From: Candidatus Limnocylindrales bacterium
Lineage (GTDB): Bacteria; Chloroflexota; Limnocylindria; Limnocylindrales; CSP1-4
DNA: 64,000 nucleotides
Reading direction: 5' to 3'
NCBI GenBank assembly: GCA_049967415.1
Contig: JBMFSS010000002.1
Coordinates: 87,717 to 151,716, forward strand
The notes below the pieces were generated by a model. The model made no database searches. It saw only the letters and a list, made by a program, of their open reading frames with translations, and was not told where the DNA came from. Positions 18,892-28,526 of the stretch are shown one piece after another; position 1 is the stretch's first letter, and each line of letters begins with the position of its first letter. Both the position numbers and the translations under genes were made by a program.

Positions 18892-21291
18892 GTGTGCGAA
18901 CGATCGGATCGGGTCAACCGGCCGATTGTCCGACCGGCCACCGGTCCCCACACTGCCAAGCGAGAGCGGGACAGGATCGCGCACGGAGTACGTCATATGC
19001 CGCGCCGCGGATGGCGGGCCGACGACTCGCAGGGAGCCGCCGGTACCAGCGACCCTCGCCGCGACTTCTGGTCGTCGCGCGCGATCGCCGACGTGGTGCT
19101 GGAACACCTGAGCGACGCGGTGTTCGCCACTGACCCAGCAAACCGCGTGACGCTCTGGGGCCCCTCGGCGGAGCGGCTGTTCGGGTACTCCCGGGATGAG
19201 GCGTTGGGCCGGCCATTCGGCGAGCTGCTCCCCTATCGCATGGACGCCGAGGGCGACGAGGACGCCTTCATCGCGGCGCTCCGGGCCGGGCAGACCTGGC
19301 GTGGCTCGGGCAGCGTGCGCCTCCGCGACGGCACCGAGCGCTGGATCGAGTCGGTGGTGCGGCCCATCCTCGAGGACGGGCAGCTGCTCGGGAGCGTCTC
19401 GGTGAGCCGGGACATGACCGCCCAGCGCGCGGCCGCGCAGCAGCTCCACGACCAGGAGCGCTTCCTCGGCGCCGTGCTCGAGCTGATGGGCACCATCGTC
19501 AGTGTGTTGGACGCCCAGGGTCGCATCATGCGCCTCAACCGCGCGGCCCAGGAGGTGAGCGGGCGCACCCTCGCCGAGCTCGTGGGGCGACCCGTCTGGG
19601 AGGTGCTCGTCCCGCCTGCTGAGGCGGCGGCCGTGCGGGCCAGGTTCGCCCGCCTAGCCGCCGGTGAGGCGCCCGGCACCTCCGAGAACCACTGGGTCAG
19701 CGCCTCCGGCGAGGAGCGCCTCATCCGCTGGTCGAACACCTGCCTCACCGACGCGACCGGGGCCGTGACCCACGTGATCGGGGCAGGGATCGACATCACC
19801 GACGCGCGCCGCACCCGCGATGCCCTCGACGGCATCGAGGCGGTGGGACGACTGCTGGCCAGCAGCGGTCCCACGGAGGCCGCTCTCGACGCCGTGGTGG
19901 AGCGCCTGGGCACCCTGATGGGCTATCGGTACATGGCCCTCATCCTCCGCGATGGGGAGCGCTGGCGGCTCGGGGCGCAGCGCGGGTATGGGTCCCTACC
20001 GCCCTATTTCGAGCCCGGGCGCGGGGTCATCGGGCGCGTCATCCGCACCGGGGTCCCCGCCTTCGTGGCCGACGTGCTGGCCGATCCCGACTATGTGGCG
20101 GACGATGCGCGGGTGCGCAGCGAACTGTGCGTGCCGTTGCGGGCCGAGGGCGCCACGCTCGGCGTGCTCGACATCGAAGCCCTCCCGGAGGCGCCCCTCA
20201 CCGAGAGCGACCTGCGCCTGGCGGCCGCGGTGGCGGACCGCCTCGCTGCCGCCCTGCGCCTCGGACACGAACAGCTCGCCCTGCGCGAGCGGGTCCGTCT
20301 GTTCGGCGCCCTCACCGCGTTTGCGCGCCAAGCCGGGGAGGTCGGGGACCCCGAGCAGCTGTGGCCTGCTCTGACCGCTGCCGCGGCCTCGGTCATGGAC
20401 GCGGACCGCGTCTCCCTCACCACGCTGGATCGGAGCAGCGGGCAGTACGTACTGCGCGCGCTGGTCGGTGCGCCCGACGCGCTGGTGGGAACCGGGGTGA
20501 CCCCTGGCCAGGGCGCCGCTGGGCGCGCGATCGCGGAAGGTACCCCGATTCTCCTCGAGGTGCCGGTACAGCACCGCTGCCCCGACCTCGGGCTCCTCAC
20601 TGGGCCCGCCGAGGCCCTGGCGGTGGCCGCGGTGCCCCTGCTGCGCGAGGGCACGGTGCTCGGTGCGCTGGTGTTCGCCCGGTCTGCGGTGCGCGGCTTC
20701 AGCTCCCTCGAGCAGGAGGTGGCCGCGCTCCTCGGCGCGCAGGCTGCCCTCGCGGTGGCCAACGCCCACCTGCTCGCGGCGGTCTCCGAGCTCGCCATCC
20801 ACGATCCGCTGACCGGCCTCTACAACCGGCGACACTTCGACGCCGCGTTCGAGCTGGCGGTGGCGCGCTGGCGGCGGGACCGCGGGCGGTCGCCCCTCGC
20901 CGCGGTGATGTTCGATCTGGATCACTTCGGTGACTTCAACCGGGCGCACGGGCATCCGGTGGGCGACGAGGCGCTGCGCCGGTTCGCCGGGGTGCTGCGC
21001 GAACGGGTGCGCTCGTCGGACCTGGTGGCCCGCTACGGAGGTGAGGAGTTCGTGGTGGTGCTCGAGGACTGCGACCGGGACAGTGCGCGGGCCATCGCCG
21101 AGGCCATCCGGGCGACCTTCGAAGCGCGCCCCATTCCCGGTCCGGAGGGCGCCACCCTGCACGCAACCGTGTCCGCCGGCTGCGCCGTGCTGAACCCCGC
21201 CGAGCCCACCGCGGAAGCCCTCATCCGAGCCGCGGACGAGGGGCTCTTTATGGCCAAACGGGCGGGGCGCAACCGGGTGGTCGCCGTCTGA
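18892..21291 (+). CDS. Multidomain sensor diguanylate cyclase (PAS-PAS-GAF-GAF-GGDEF)
   Basis: Two PAS-like segments (...FATDPANRVTLWGPSAERLFGY..., ...LDAQGRIMRLNRAAQEVSG...), GAF-like segments, and a C-terminal GGDEF domain (RYGGEEFVVVLED, HDPLTGLYNRRHFD). An alternative start at M36 (18997) is possible. Confidence 0.85.
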   Translation: MCERSDRVNRPIVRPATGPHTAKRERDRIAHGVRHMPRRGWRADDSQGAAGTSDPRRDFWSSRAIADVVLEHLSDAVFATDPANRVTLWGPSAERLFGYSRDEALGRPFGELLPYRMDAEGDEDAFIAALRAGQTWRGSGSVRLRDGTERWIESVVRPILEDGQLLGSVSVSRDMTAQRAAAQQLHDQERFLGAVLELMGTIVSVLDAQGRIMRLNRAAQEVSGRTLAELVGRPVWEVLVPPAEAAAVRARFARLAAGEAPGTSENHWVSASGEERLIRWSNTCLTDATGAVTHVIGAGIDITDARRTRDALDGIEAVGRLLASSGPTEAALDAVVERLGTLMGYRYMALILRDGERWRLGAQRGYGSLPPYFEPGRGVIGRVIRTGVPAFVADVLADPDYVADDARVRSELCVPLRAEGATLGVLDIEALPEAPLTESDLRLAAAVADRLAAALRLGHEQLALRERVRLFGALTAFARQAGEVGDPEQLWPALTAAAASVMDADRVSLTTLDRSSGQYVLRALVGAPDALVGTGVTPGQGAAGRAIAEGTPILLEVPVQHRCPDLGLLTGPAEALAVAAVPLLREGTVLGALVFARSAVRGFSSLEQEVAALLGAQAALAVANAHLLAAVSELAIHDPLTGLYNRRHFDAAFELAVARWRRDRGRSPLAAVMFDLDHFGDFNRAHGHPVGDEALRRFAGVLRERVRSSDLVARYGGEEFVVVLEDCDRDSARAIAEAIRATFEARPIPGPEGATLHATVSAGCAVLNPAEPTAEALIRAADEGLFMAKRAGRNRVVAV

Positions 21292-21799
21292 CCGTGCCCC
21301 ACCCGCCAACCCGCGCTGTCTGCCCCGCCGAACCGCCGGTTGTGCATCAGGCAGACACGGTGATACCAGGGGGGACAGCCCACGTACCCCGCGGGCGGCT
21401 CCGCCGGCCGCCCAGGTCGACAGCGCTGCCGGCGCGGCGGGGGCCGCCCCCGCGGTCACGAGCGATGGCACCGCGGCGACTGCTGGGCGCCTGCCCTCGA
21501 CCTCGGGGCTCCCCGGGGTGGAAGGTACCAATGGCTGGGCCACCTGCTCGACCTGGTAGGTAGCCCCGGTGCCGGAAGCCCCGGAACGCGTGGGGAGACT
21601 GGCACCTATCCACCCCTACACTGACCCTCGGAATGTAGCGCCGCAGAGCATGCGGGCGGCGGGACCTAGGACCCTGACCGGACCCCGCCGGGTGCGCCAC
21701 ATTGTATTAGGCGTTTTTTGGCCATCCCCGGCCGCGGGACCCGCCCGGCCGGGCAGGCGCACCGGTGGCGAGCGGGCAGCTGTGAGTGAGGCATAGCAG

Positions 21800-23275
21800 A
21801 TGGCAGAGGCGGCCGGCAACGTGACGCGCGTCGAGGAACTCGGCGAGATCACGTCCACCCACGCGTACACCTTCTCGCTCAAGACCTTGACCTGGGGCAC
21901 GCTGGCGATCACGGCCCTCATGGGGCTGCTCTATTTCGCGGTCGGCTTTCCGCCGGCCTTCGACACCTTCTACGAGTCGATGTATTTCCATGCGGTGGGA
22001 ATCGGGCTGGCGGCGCTGGCGGCCTACCTCGTGATGGATACCTTCGACCTCCAGCGTTACGAGCCTCCGATGGACTTCCCGATCTCGTACCGGGCGTTCA
22101 TCGGTGTGGTCTTCGCGGCCATCGGCGGGATCCTCACCATCAATCCCACAGTCTGGAAGGACCTGCCCGACCTCGGGATGCTCTTCTACCTGACCGCCTT
22201 CATCCTCCTCTTTGACGTGGGCGGGGCGCTCTTCATCGAGCTCCTGCTGCTCCCCCGCAAGCAGGTCAGCGCGTACTGCTGCGAGAGCCACAACGTGGTC
22301 GAGTACGTGAGCCGCATCCTCCCGATCGCCCCGGCGCAGCGGCAGTCATACGCAAAGGTCGGGGTGGGCTACTGGCTCACCCTGGCCGCCATCGGCTCGG
22401 CGTTCCTGGCTGGCGTGGTGGGCTTCGTCAACCTCTGGGTCCGGGCTCTCGGCCCGTCGATCTTCGGGGGGTACATGGGCTGGCTCAAGCTCGACGCGAA
22501 CGGTTTCCTCGGCGCGACCCTGGACCCCCACACGCACATGATGGCGCTTGCGATCATGGCCGGGATCGTCTCGGTGGCGGCGGTCCGCTTCGGCGTCCTA
22601 GACGGCGCACCCTCCGTCCGGCGCACGGTCGCGCATGTCGGCCTCTGGATCTCGGTCTTCGGCGTCGCCGCCATGACCGTCATCCTGCTGGCGGTCGCCT
22701 TCCTCAACTTCACCCCGCCCACCCTCTTCGCGAGCGGCAAGGACGGGATCAATGGGATCGCGGGCGACGACGCATCGATGAGCCTGATCGGGATCGGGGC
22801 CATGGTCCTGGTGGTGGCGGTGCTCGCCGAGCGCCGTTTCTGGCGCGACCCCCTGCGCCTGATGGTGCTCGCCACCTGGGTCGCGGCGGTGGCCATCAAC
22901 ATCATCGAGGGCTTCTACATCGAGCTCAACGAGAACCAGTTCCAGGCCGCGCTCACCAAGAACGACGCCGCCTACAGCGTGGCGCAGCCGATGACGGGAG
23001 TCTTCCTGCTGATCGCCGTCTCGCTCGCGCTGCTGCTGGTCGACCATTACGAGATCGCCGGGGGTGCGCGACGCCTGGTGGCGTGGGTTGCGGGGATCGG
23101 ACTGCTGGTGACCCTGGTCGGTGTCACTCTCTGGACCTTTGCCGATCCCTCGCACAGCGGGATCCCCTTCGTCCTCTACGTGGCGGGTGTGGCGATCTGC
23201 TATCTGATGGTCGTCCTGGGTGCGTGGGCGGTCTGGACGGCCCGGACCGGCAGCTACCGGCGTACGTATCCATGA
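21800..23275 (+). CDS. Polytopic integral membrane protein of unknown function (~12 predicted TM helices)
   Basis: 491 aa of alternating long hydrophobic stretches, with no motif I can assign to a known family (CCESH, HTHMM, VDHYEI). Its TGA overlaps the ATG of the downstream heme O synthase gene (ATGA). It is preceded by a ~240-nt low-GC leader. Confidence 0.6.
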   Translation: MAEAAGNVTRVEELGEITSTHAYTFSLKTLTWGTLAITALMGLLYFAVGFPPAFDTFYESMYFHAVGIGLAALAAYLVMDTFDLQRYEPPMDFPISYRAFIGVVFAAIGGILTINPTVWKDLPDLGMLFYLTAFILLFDVGGALFIELLLLPRKQVSAYCCESHNVVEYVSRILPIAPAQRQSYAKVGVGYWLTLAAIGSAFLAGVVGFVNLWVRALGPSIFGGYMGWLKLDANGFLGATLDPHTHMMALAIMAGIVSVAAVRFGVLDGAPSVRRTVAHVGLWISVFGVAAMTVILLAVAFLNFTPPTLFASGKDGINGIAGDDASMSLIGIGAMVLVVAVLAERRFWRDPLRLMVLATWVAAVAINIIEGFYIELNENQFQAALTKNDAAYSVAQPMTGVFLLIAVSLALLLVDHYEIAGGARRLVAWVAGIGLLVTLVGVTLWTFADPSHSGIPFVLYVAGVAICYLMVVLGAWAVWTARTGSYRRTYP

Positions 23276-24222
23276 ACGCACATCCGCTGGGTCTGCCCTA
23301 CGGGGGCCTGCCGGCCGCAAGAACCGCCCCGGTGCCCCGTGGCCGAGCGCTGGCGCGCCGGCTGGGCGCGTACTGGGCGGTCCTGGATCCGCGCAGCGCC
23401 TCCCTTCTGACATTCACGGCGTTTGCGTCTGCCATCGTGGCCGGCGGCCTGCTGGTGCCCGCGCGGTTGGCCGGCATCACGCTGGCACTCGGGCTCTGCG
23501 CGCTGGGCGCCCGGGCGGTGGCGAACTATATCGACCGTGACATCGACGCCCTGATGACGCGTACCCGCTCGCGCCCGCTGCCCTCGGGCGCGATCCCGCC
23601 GGCCCATGCGCTGCGGCTGGGGATCGCCCTGATGGCGATTGGGCTCCTTGGCGTCGCCTCGTTCGGGATCCTGGCGCTGGCGCTCACCGTGCTCGGGCTG
23701 GCGGACAACCTGGTCGTCTACGCGCTCCTGACCAAGCGCTCCAGTCCCTGGAGCATTGTCCTCGGCGCACCTTCCGGCGGCGCGCCGGCCTTGGTCGGCT
23801 ATGTGGCCATAGCCGGCCGGATCGACCTGACCGCGCTCTTTCTGCTCGGTTTCGTGCTGGTGTGGACGCCGATCCACATCTGGAGCCTGGCGATCCGGAG
23901 CCGGGACGACTACGCGCGAGCCGACGTCCCGATGCTCCCGGTCACCTCCGGCGTCTGCTGGAGCGCGCGTTGCGTCGGACTCGCGAGTCTGGTGCTCGCC
24001 GTCCTGACGCTCGCGTTCGTGTTCGGGTCCGGCACGCGCCTGGTGGCGCCGATCGGTGCCCTTGCGACGGTGCTGGGGGCCGTGCTGGTCCTGGGCAGCC
24101 TGCGGCTGGTCCAGGCGCCGACGGCCGAACGTGCCTGGAAGTGCTTCAAGCTGACGGCCCCTTACCTCGGCACCCTCTTTGCGCTGCTGGCCCTGAACGC
24201 GGCCGTTGTGGGCGGCGTTTGA
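23272..24222 (+). CDS. ctaB: Protoheme IX farnesyltransferase (heme O synthase), UbiA family
   Basis: NYIDRDIDALMTRTRSRPLPSGAI matches the CyoE/CtaB signature (N.IDRDID..M.RT..RPL..G). About 8 TM helices. Starts at MNAHPLGLPYG. The upstream part of the track ORF is an out-of-gene extension. Confidence 0.85.
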   Translation: MNAHPLGLPYGGLPAARTAPVPRGRALARRLGAYWAVLDPRSASLLTFTAFASAIVAGGLLVPARLAGITLALGLCALGARAVANYIDRDIDALMTRTRSRPLPSGAIPPAHALRLGIALMAIGLLGVASFGILALALTVLGLADNLVVYALLTKRSSPWSIVLGAPSGGAPALVGYVAIAGRIDLTALFLLGFVLVWTPIHIWSLAIRSRDDYARADVPMLPVTSGVCWSARCVGLASLVLAVLTLAFVFGSGTRLVAPIGALATVLGAVLVLGSLRLVQAPTAERAWKCFKLTAPYLGTLFALLALNAAVVGGV

Positions 24223-24253
24223 TCGCTGGATGGCTGGGCGCCCTTGACGGGGT

Positions 24254-24949
24254 GTGGTTGCGCGTGCAATAGTTGTACCCGCAATGAATACCGACGCACG
24301 ATCAGCGTTCCCGGGCGCCCCGTCTGCCTGGGGCGACACAACCGGAACCGCTGGCTCACCAGAACCCCTTCGAATCGCCGCTCTGCTGGGCAGCACCCGG
24401 CGCGGTTCGCTGAACGCCGCCCTGCTTCGCGCGGCCCGCACGGTCGCTCCTGCCGACGTGATCATCGTTCCTCTCTCGATCGAGCAACTGCCCTTCTACA
24501 ACGGTGACCTGGAGTCAGAGGGCGGCAGCCCCCTGGTGCACTCGTTCCGGGCCGCGATCGCCGCCGCCGATGGTCTGCTGATCGTCACGCCGGAGTACAA
24601 CCACAGCCTTCCCGCGGTCGTCAAGAACGCGATTGACTGGGCCTCGCGTCCACCTTCCGACCGGTTGCTGGCTGGCCGCCCGGTCCTGCTCATGGGCGCG
24701 ACCGGCGGTCGCTCGGGCGTGAAGTACGCGCTGGGTCACGCGGCCGAGATCCTGGGTTTTCTGGGCGCGAGGCCGTTCGAGCGCCGGCTGGGCGTGCCGC
24801 TGGCCGGGGAGCGCCAGGGCCCGGACGGCGAGCTTTCCGACCCGGTGCTGCGAGGGGAAGTGGCGGCGCTGCTCGCGGAGTTCGCCGCGTCGATCCGGGC
24901 GGATCGTGCCGTTCCGGCAGCAGCCCTCGGGAGCTGGGCCGTGGCATGA
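24254..24949 (+). CDS. NAD(P)H-dependent FMN reductase family protein
   Basis: LRIAALLGSTRRGSLNAALL...LLIVTPEYNHSLPAVVKNAIDWASRP is the flavodoxin-like SsuE/ChrR/ArsH-family signature. The start is ambiguous (M1 or M11). Confidence 0.8.
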   Translation: MVARAIVVPAMNTDARSAFPGAPSAWGDTTGTAGSPEPLRIAALLGSTRRGSLNAALLRAARTVAPADVIIVPLSIEQLPFYNGDLESEGGSPLVHSFRAAIAAADGLLIVTPEYNHSLPAVVKNAIDWASRPPSDRLLAGRPVLLMGATGGRSGVKYALGHAAEILGFLGARPFERRLGVPLAGERQGPDGELSDPVLRGEVAALLAEFAASIRADRAVPAAALGSWAVA

Positions 24950-25179
24950 ACGCCGCGCCGGCTCCGATGCCGGAGCGTGCCGCAGTCGCCGAACGGGCTC
25001 GCGGCGCTGCTGTTTGACCGGACCACGCTCCGCGGGCCGCGGACCGAGATCAAGCGGTTCCGGTGGTGGCCCTGGGGGTCTGGTGGTGGCTCGCAAGGCG
25101 GACGTTCGAGGCCGGCTGCGCCCTGGGGGGCCATTCGCCCCGGCTCGCAGTAGGATCGACGTGCGCGAACGGAGGTTGC

Positions 25180-26375
25180 ATGGCTCGGATCATCGTGTAC
25201 ACCGGCAAGGGTGGCGTGGGCAAGACCAGCATCGCTGCCGCCACGGGGCTGCTGGCTGCCGCCCGGGGCTATCGCACCATCGTGCTCTCGACCGATGCGG
25301 CGCACAGCCTGGCCGACTCGTTTGACTTGCCGTTGGGACCCGAGCCCACGCCCGTGGCCCCCAACCTCTGGGGCCAGGAATCGGAGGTCTCGCACAACAT
25401 CCAGAAGTACTGGGGCGTCATCCAGGACTACGTCTCCACGGTCTTCCAGTGGCGCGGGCTGGACGAGGTGATGGCCGAGGAGATGAGCGTCCTCCCCGGC
25501 ATGGACGAGCTGGCGAGCCTGCTCTGGATCGCGGAACACCATGACAAGGGCCAGTACGACCTGATCGTGGTGGACGCAGCACCCACGGGGGAGACGCTGC
25601 GGCTGCTCTCGCTCCCGGAGGCGGGCAAGTGGTGGATCGAGAAGATCTACCCGATCAGCCGGCGCATCGCACAGGTGACCAACCCGATTGTGGGGCGGGT
25701 GATCGGGATGCCGATGCCCGGCGACGAGGTCTACACGGCCGGCGAGCAGCTCTTCGCCCGCCTCGAGCACATGCACGACCTGCTGGCCGATCCGCAGCTC
25801 ACCTCGATCCGCCTCGTGCTCAACCTCGAGAAGATGGTGATCAAGGAGGCCCAGCGCGCCTTCACGTACTTCCACCTGTACGGGTATCCGACCGACCTGG
25901 TGGTGTGCAACCGGGTGGTCCCGGAGGATGCGGGCCCCTACTTCGAGGCGTGGCGCCAGGCGCAGGCGCGGTACTGGCCGGAGGTCGAGGCAGACTTCGA
26001 TCCGATCCCCATCCGGCGCGCGCCCTTCTTTGAGCATGAAGTGGTGGGCATGCCCATGCTGCAGCAGCTGGGCGCCGAGGTGTTCGGCGAGGAGGACCCG
26101 ACGGGCTTCTTCTACCGGGGCAATCCCTACCGCGTCACCCGGGAGGACGGCGCCTTCGTGCTCGCGCTCGAGCTGCCGTTCACCTCGAAGGAGGAGGTGA
26201 CGCTCCATCGCAACGGCGACGAGCTGGTGGTGCAGGTGGGGTGGTGGCGGCGCAACCTGATCCTCCCCCGGTCCTGGTGGATCTGCCCACCGGAAGCGCC
26301 GGGTTCGAGGACCACGTGCTGAAGGTCAGGTTCTCGGCCGGACCGAGAACGAAGTCAGGAGCGTCGAAGCGATGA
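25180..26375 (+). CDS. ArsA/Get3-family P-loop ATPase with a C-terminal ArsA_HSP20-like domain, apparently frameshifted near 26270
   Basis: MARIIVYTGKGGVGKTS (deviant Walker A)...DAAPTGETLRLL (ArsA signature). The C-terminal region is alpha-crystallin-like (EDGAFVLALELPFTSKEEVTLHRNGDELVVQVGWWRRNLILPR). The annotated frame ends ...SWWICPPEAPGSRTTC* at 26322. Another frame reads LVDLPTGSAGFEDHVLKVRFSAGPRTKSGASKR* ending at 26375, which fits an HSP20 C-terminal strand. The shift lies in ctcccccggtcc (C5). Confidence 0.75.
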
Positions 26376-26601
26376 CAGATCTGGAAGACCAGCTGGCAGG
26401 GCTGGAGCAGCGGCTCGAGGCCCCGAGGCGCACCGGGAGCGGAGGCCTCGGGGGCTGATCGGTCTCTGGCGAGAGATGGTTCCCAGCGAGGCCCGGCGGC
26501 ACATGCGCGCCGCGCGCAAGGAGCAGCTCCTGGCCGCGCGGGCGGTGCTCGATCACTGGATCGAGCGAGCCGAGCGAGAACCCGCGGAGAACCTGCCGCG
26601 C
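26372..26601 (+). CDS. Small hypothetical helical protein (28-aa ORF MTDLEDQLAGLEQRLEAPRR... plus a following 50-aa ORF in another frame; together ~84 aa if a G5 run is really G6), translationally coupled to the ArsA-HSP20 gene
   Basis: The ATG at 26372 overlaps the TGA of the shifted ArsA-HSP20 frame (ATGA). The first reading frame stops at 26456-26458 inside cctcgggggctga. Another frame continues ...GLIGLWREMVPSEARRHMRAARKEQLLAARAVLDHWIERAEREPAENLPRRESIPLD*. Confidence 0.35.
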
Positions 26602-26634
26602 CGGGAGAGCATCCCGCTCGACTGACTCGGCGAC

Positions 26635-27537
26635 GTGCCGTCCGGCACGTCCCAACGGGGCGGGCGGAGGGTACATACTCGTCCCGTGGACACGGCGCCG
26701 GCTTCGAAGGGGGAAGGTCGCATCCGGCTGTGCGCCGGCGACGGTTGCGTGGTGGTCGCGCCGGCGCAAGGGGGCCGCGTGGCGTCCCTGACCGTTGCGG
26801 GGCATGAGCTCCTGGTCACCTCGGCCGAGAGCGTGTACGGCTGGGGCGCGTTCCCCATGGTGCCCTTTGCGGGCCGGATCCGGCGGGGCGTGCTGCGTTT
26901 CGCGGGCCGAGCCCACGAGCTGCCGCGCACCATGCCGCCGCACGCCATCCACGGGACGCTGGCCGATGCGGCCTGGACGGTGGCCGAGCCACCCGCCGAC
27001 GATCGGGTCTTGCTGACCGCGCCGCTGCTCCCGCCGTGGCCGTTTCGGGGCCGGGCGTTCCACCGGCTCCAGCTGGAACCGGGGGCTTTGCACTTGGAGC
27101 TGCGCGTCGAGGCCGAAGAGCCGATGCCGGCCTGGGTTGGCTGGCACCCGTGGTTCCGCCGGCACGTGGAGGGCGCCGCGGGCGAGCTCGAGCTGGTGGT
27201 CCGGCCGGGCCGCATGTTCGTTCGGGATGCCGAGGGTCTGCCGACCGGCCTGGCCGTGCCGCCGTCCCCACGCCCCTGGGACGATGTCTTCGCGGACCTC
27301 CCGGCGGCTCCCCGGCTGCGCTGGCCGGGGCTGCTGACACTGGACGTGGAATCGGCCTGCGGCTACTGGGTGATCTACGACGAGCAGCCCCATGGGCTCT
27401 GCGTCGAGCCACAGACCGCCCCGCCCGACGCGGCCAACTGGATCCCCGAGGACGCCCTGCTGGTTGCGCCGGGGCGGCCGCTGGTGACTGCCATGACGCT
27501 TCGCTGGCGACCTGACGAGGAGCGCCGGTCAGGCTGA
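26635..27537 (+). CDS. Aldose 1-epimerase (galactose mutarotase-like) family protein
   Basis: YGWGAFPMVPFAGRIRRG...HELPRTMPPHAIHGTL...WHPWF motifs of the aldose-1-epimerase fold. Confidence 0.75.
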   Translation: MPSGTSQRGGRRVHTRPVDTAPASKGEGRIRLCAGDGCVVVAPAQGGRVASLTVAGHELLVTSAESVYGWGAFPMVPFAGRIRRGVLRFAGRAHELPRTMPPHAIHGTLADAAWTVAEPPADDRVLLTAPLLPPWPFRGRAFHRLQLEPGALHLELRVEAEEPMPAWVGWHPWFRRHVEGAAGELELVVRPGRMFVRDAEGLPTGLAVPPSPRPWDDVFADLPAAPRLRWPGLLTLDVESACGYWVIYDEQPHGLCVEPQTAPPDAANWIPEDALLVAPGRPLVTAMTLRWRPDEERRSG

Positions 27538-27596
27538 CCCGCTCTGCCGCTGCCGGCGTCCAGGGCGCCCCGGGCCCCACCCGGGGCGGCGACGCG

Positions 27597-28526
27597 TCAG
27601 GCGAAGGCCACCGCCGCATAGCCGACGGTGCGATATGGATCGCCACCGGGCACGTCGGCCGAGGTGCCCGCAGCGAGCAGGGTCCCGGCCCGCAGCCCCA
27701 TCGCCCGCCAGGCCGCGACGGCGAAAAGGACCGGCTCGATGCCGCACATGCCGCAGGCAATCCCGGGGATCGCGGAAAAGCGGACCCCGGCCTCGCGGGC
27801 CGCGAGTTCCTCGCCGTCCAGGGCCAGGAGCGGCGGGAGCAACGTGCGGGTCACGGCCTCGGCCTCTGCCGCCGGCGGATAGTGCGCGAAGTCAGAGCTG
27901 GCCACCAGCGCCACGTCCCGCCCGGCGGCACGCTCCCGGGCCAGCAGCTCGCCGAGGCGCGCACCGGCCGCCATGCCCTCTTCCGTCGACTCGAAGGAGA
28001 CCAGCAGCGGCACAATGGCTGTGCCCGGGCAGGCCCGCACCACGAACGGCAGCTGGACCTCGATCGAGTGCTCCCGGAGGTGCGCCTCCGGGGCCGCCGC
28101 GAACGGGGTCCCCAGGCCCAGGATCCGACCGCTCAGCGCCGCGTCCACCGGGACGTCGCCGAGCGGCGTCCGCCACGCGCCCGAGGGCCAGATGGCCACG
28201 CCACGCAGCCCCGCCACGTAGTGGTTGGTGCCGGCCAGGACCACGGTGGCCGGGGGCTGCGCCCGCAGCGTGGCCCAGGCCGCGGCCGCGATGGGCCCGG
28301 AGTAGACCAGCCCGGCGTGCGGCACCACCAGGCCCACCGGACGCTGTCCAGGGTGGGACCCAGCGCCGGCGGCCGCGGCCTCGAGCTGTCCGTCCACCAG
28401 TCGCTGCAGGGCCGCCGCCGATCCCGGATAGAACGTCCCGGCGTGGGCGGGCCGCCGCACCGGTTCGGGCGGCGCGAACCCCTGCTCGCGCACGTCAGGG
28501 CTCCACGTCCAGGCCCACGCCGGCAA
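27597..28526 (-). CDS. AmmeMemoRadiSam system protein B (MEMO1-family)
   Basis: AHAGTFYPGS...VVPHAGLVYSGPIAA...SSDFAHYP motifs of the MEMO/extradiol-dioxygenase-class-III-like family. It overlaps the upstream radical SAM gene by 32 nt. Confidence 0.8.
   Translation of the reverse strand: MPAWAWTWSPDVREQGFAPPEPVRRPAHAGTFYPGSAAALQRLVDGQLEAAAAGAGSHPGQRPVGLVVPHAGLVYSGPIAAAAWATLRAQPPATVVLAGTNHYVAGLRGVAIWPSGAWRTPLGDVPVDAALSGRILGLGTPFAAAPEAHLREHSIEVQLPFVVRACPGTAIVPLLVSFESTEEGMAAGARLGELLARERAAGRDVALVASSDFAHYPPAAEAEAVTRTLLPPLLALDGEELAAREAGVRFSAIPGIACGMCGIEPVLFAVAAWRAMGLRAGTLLAAGTSADVPGGDPYRTVGYAAVAFA

Noticed and set aside
24254-26322. Arsenic-resistance (ars) operon, suggested by ArsA-like ATPase, FMN reductase (ArsH-like family) and ArsC-family names
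   Set aside because: The ATPase is the single-domain HSP20-fused type, not the duplicated ArsA pump subunit. No arsB, arsR or arsD is present. The ArsC-fold protein at 34089 is 8 kb away and lacks the catalytic Cys.
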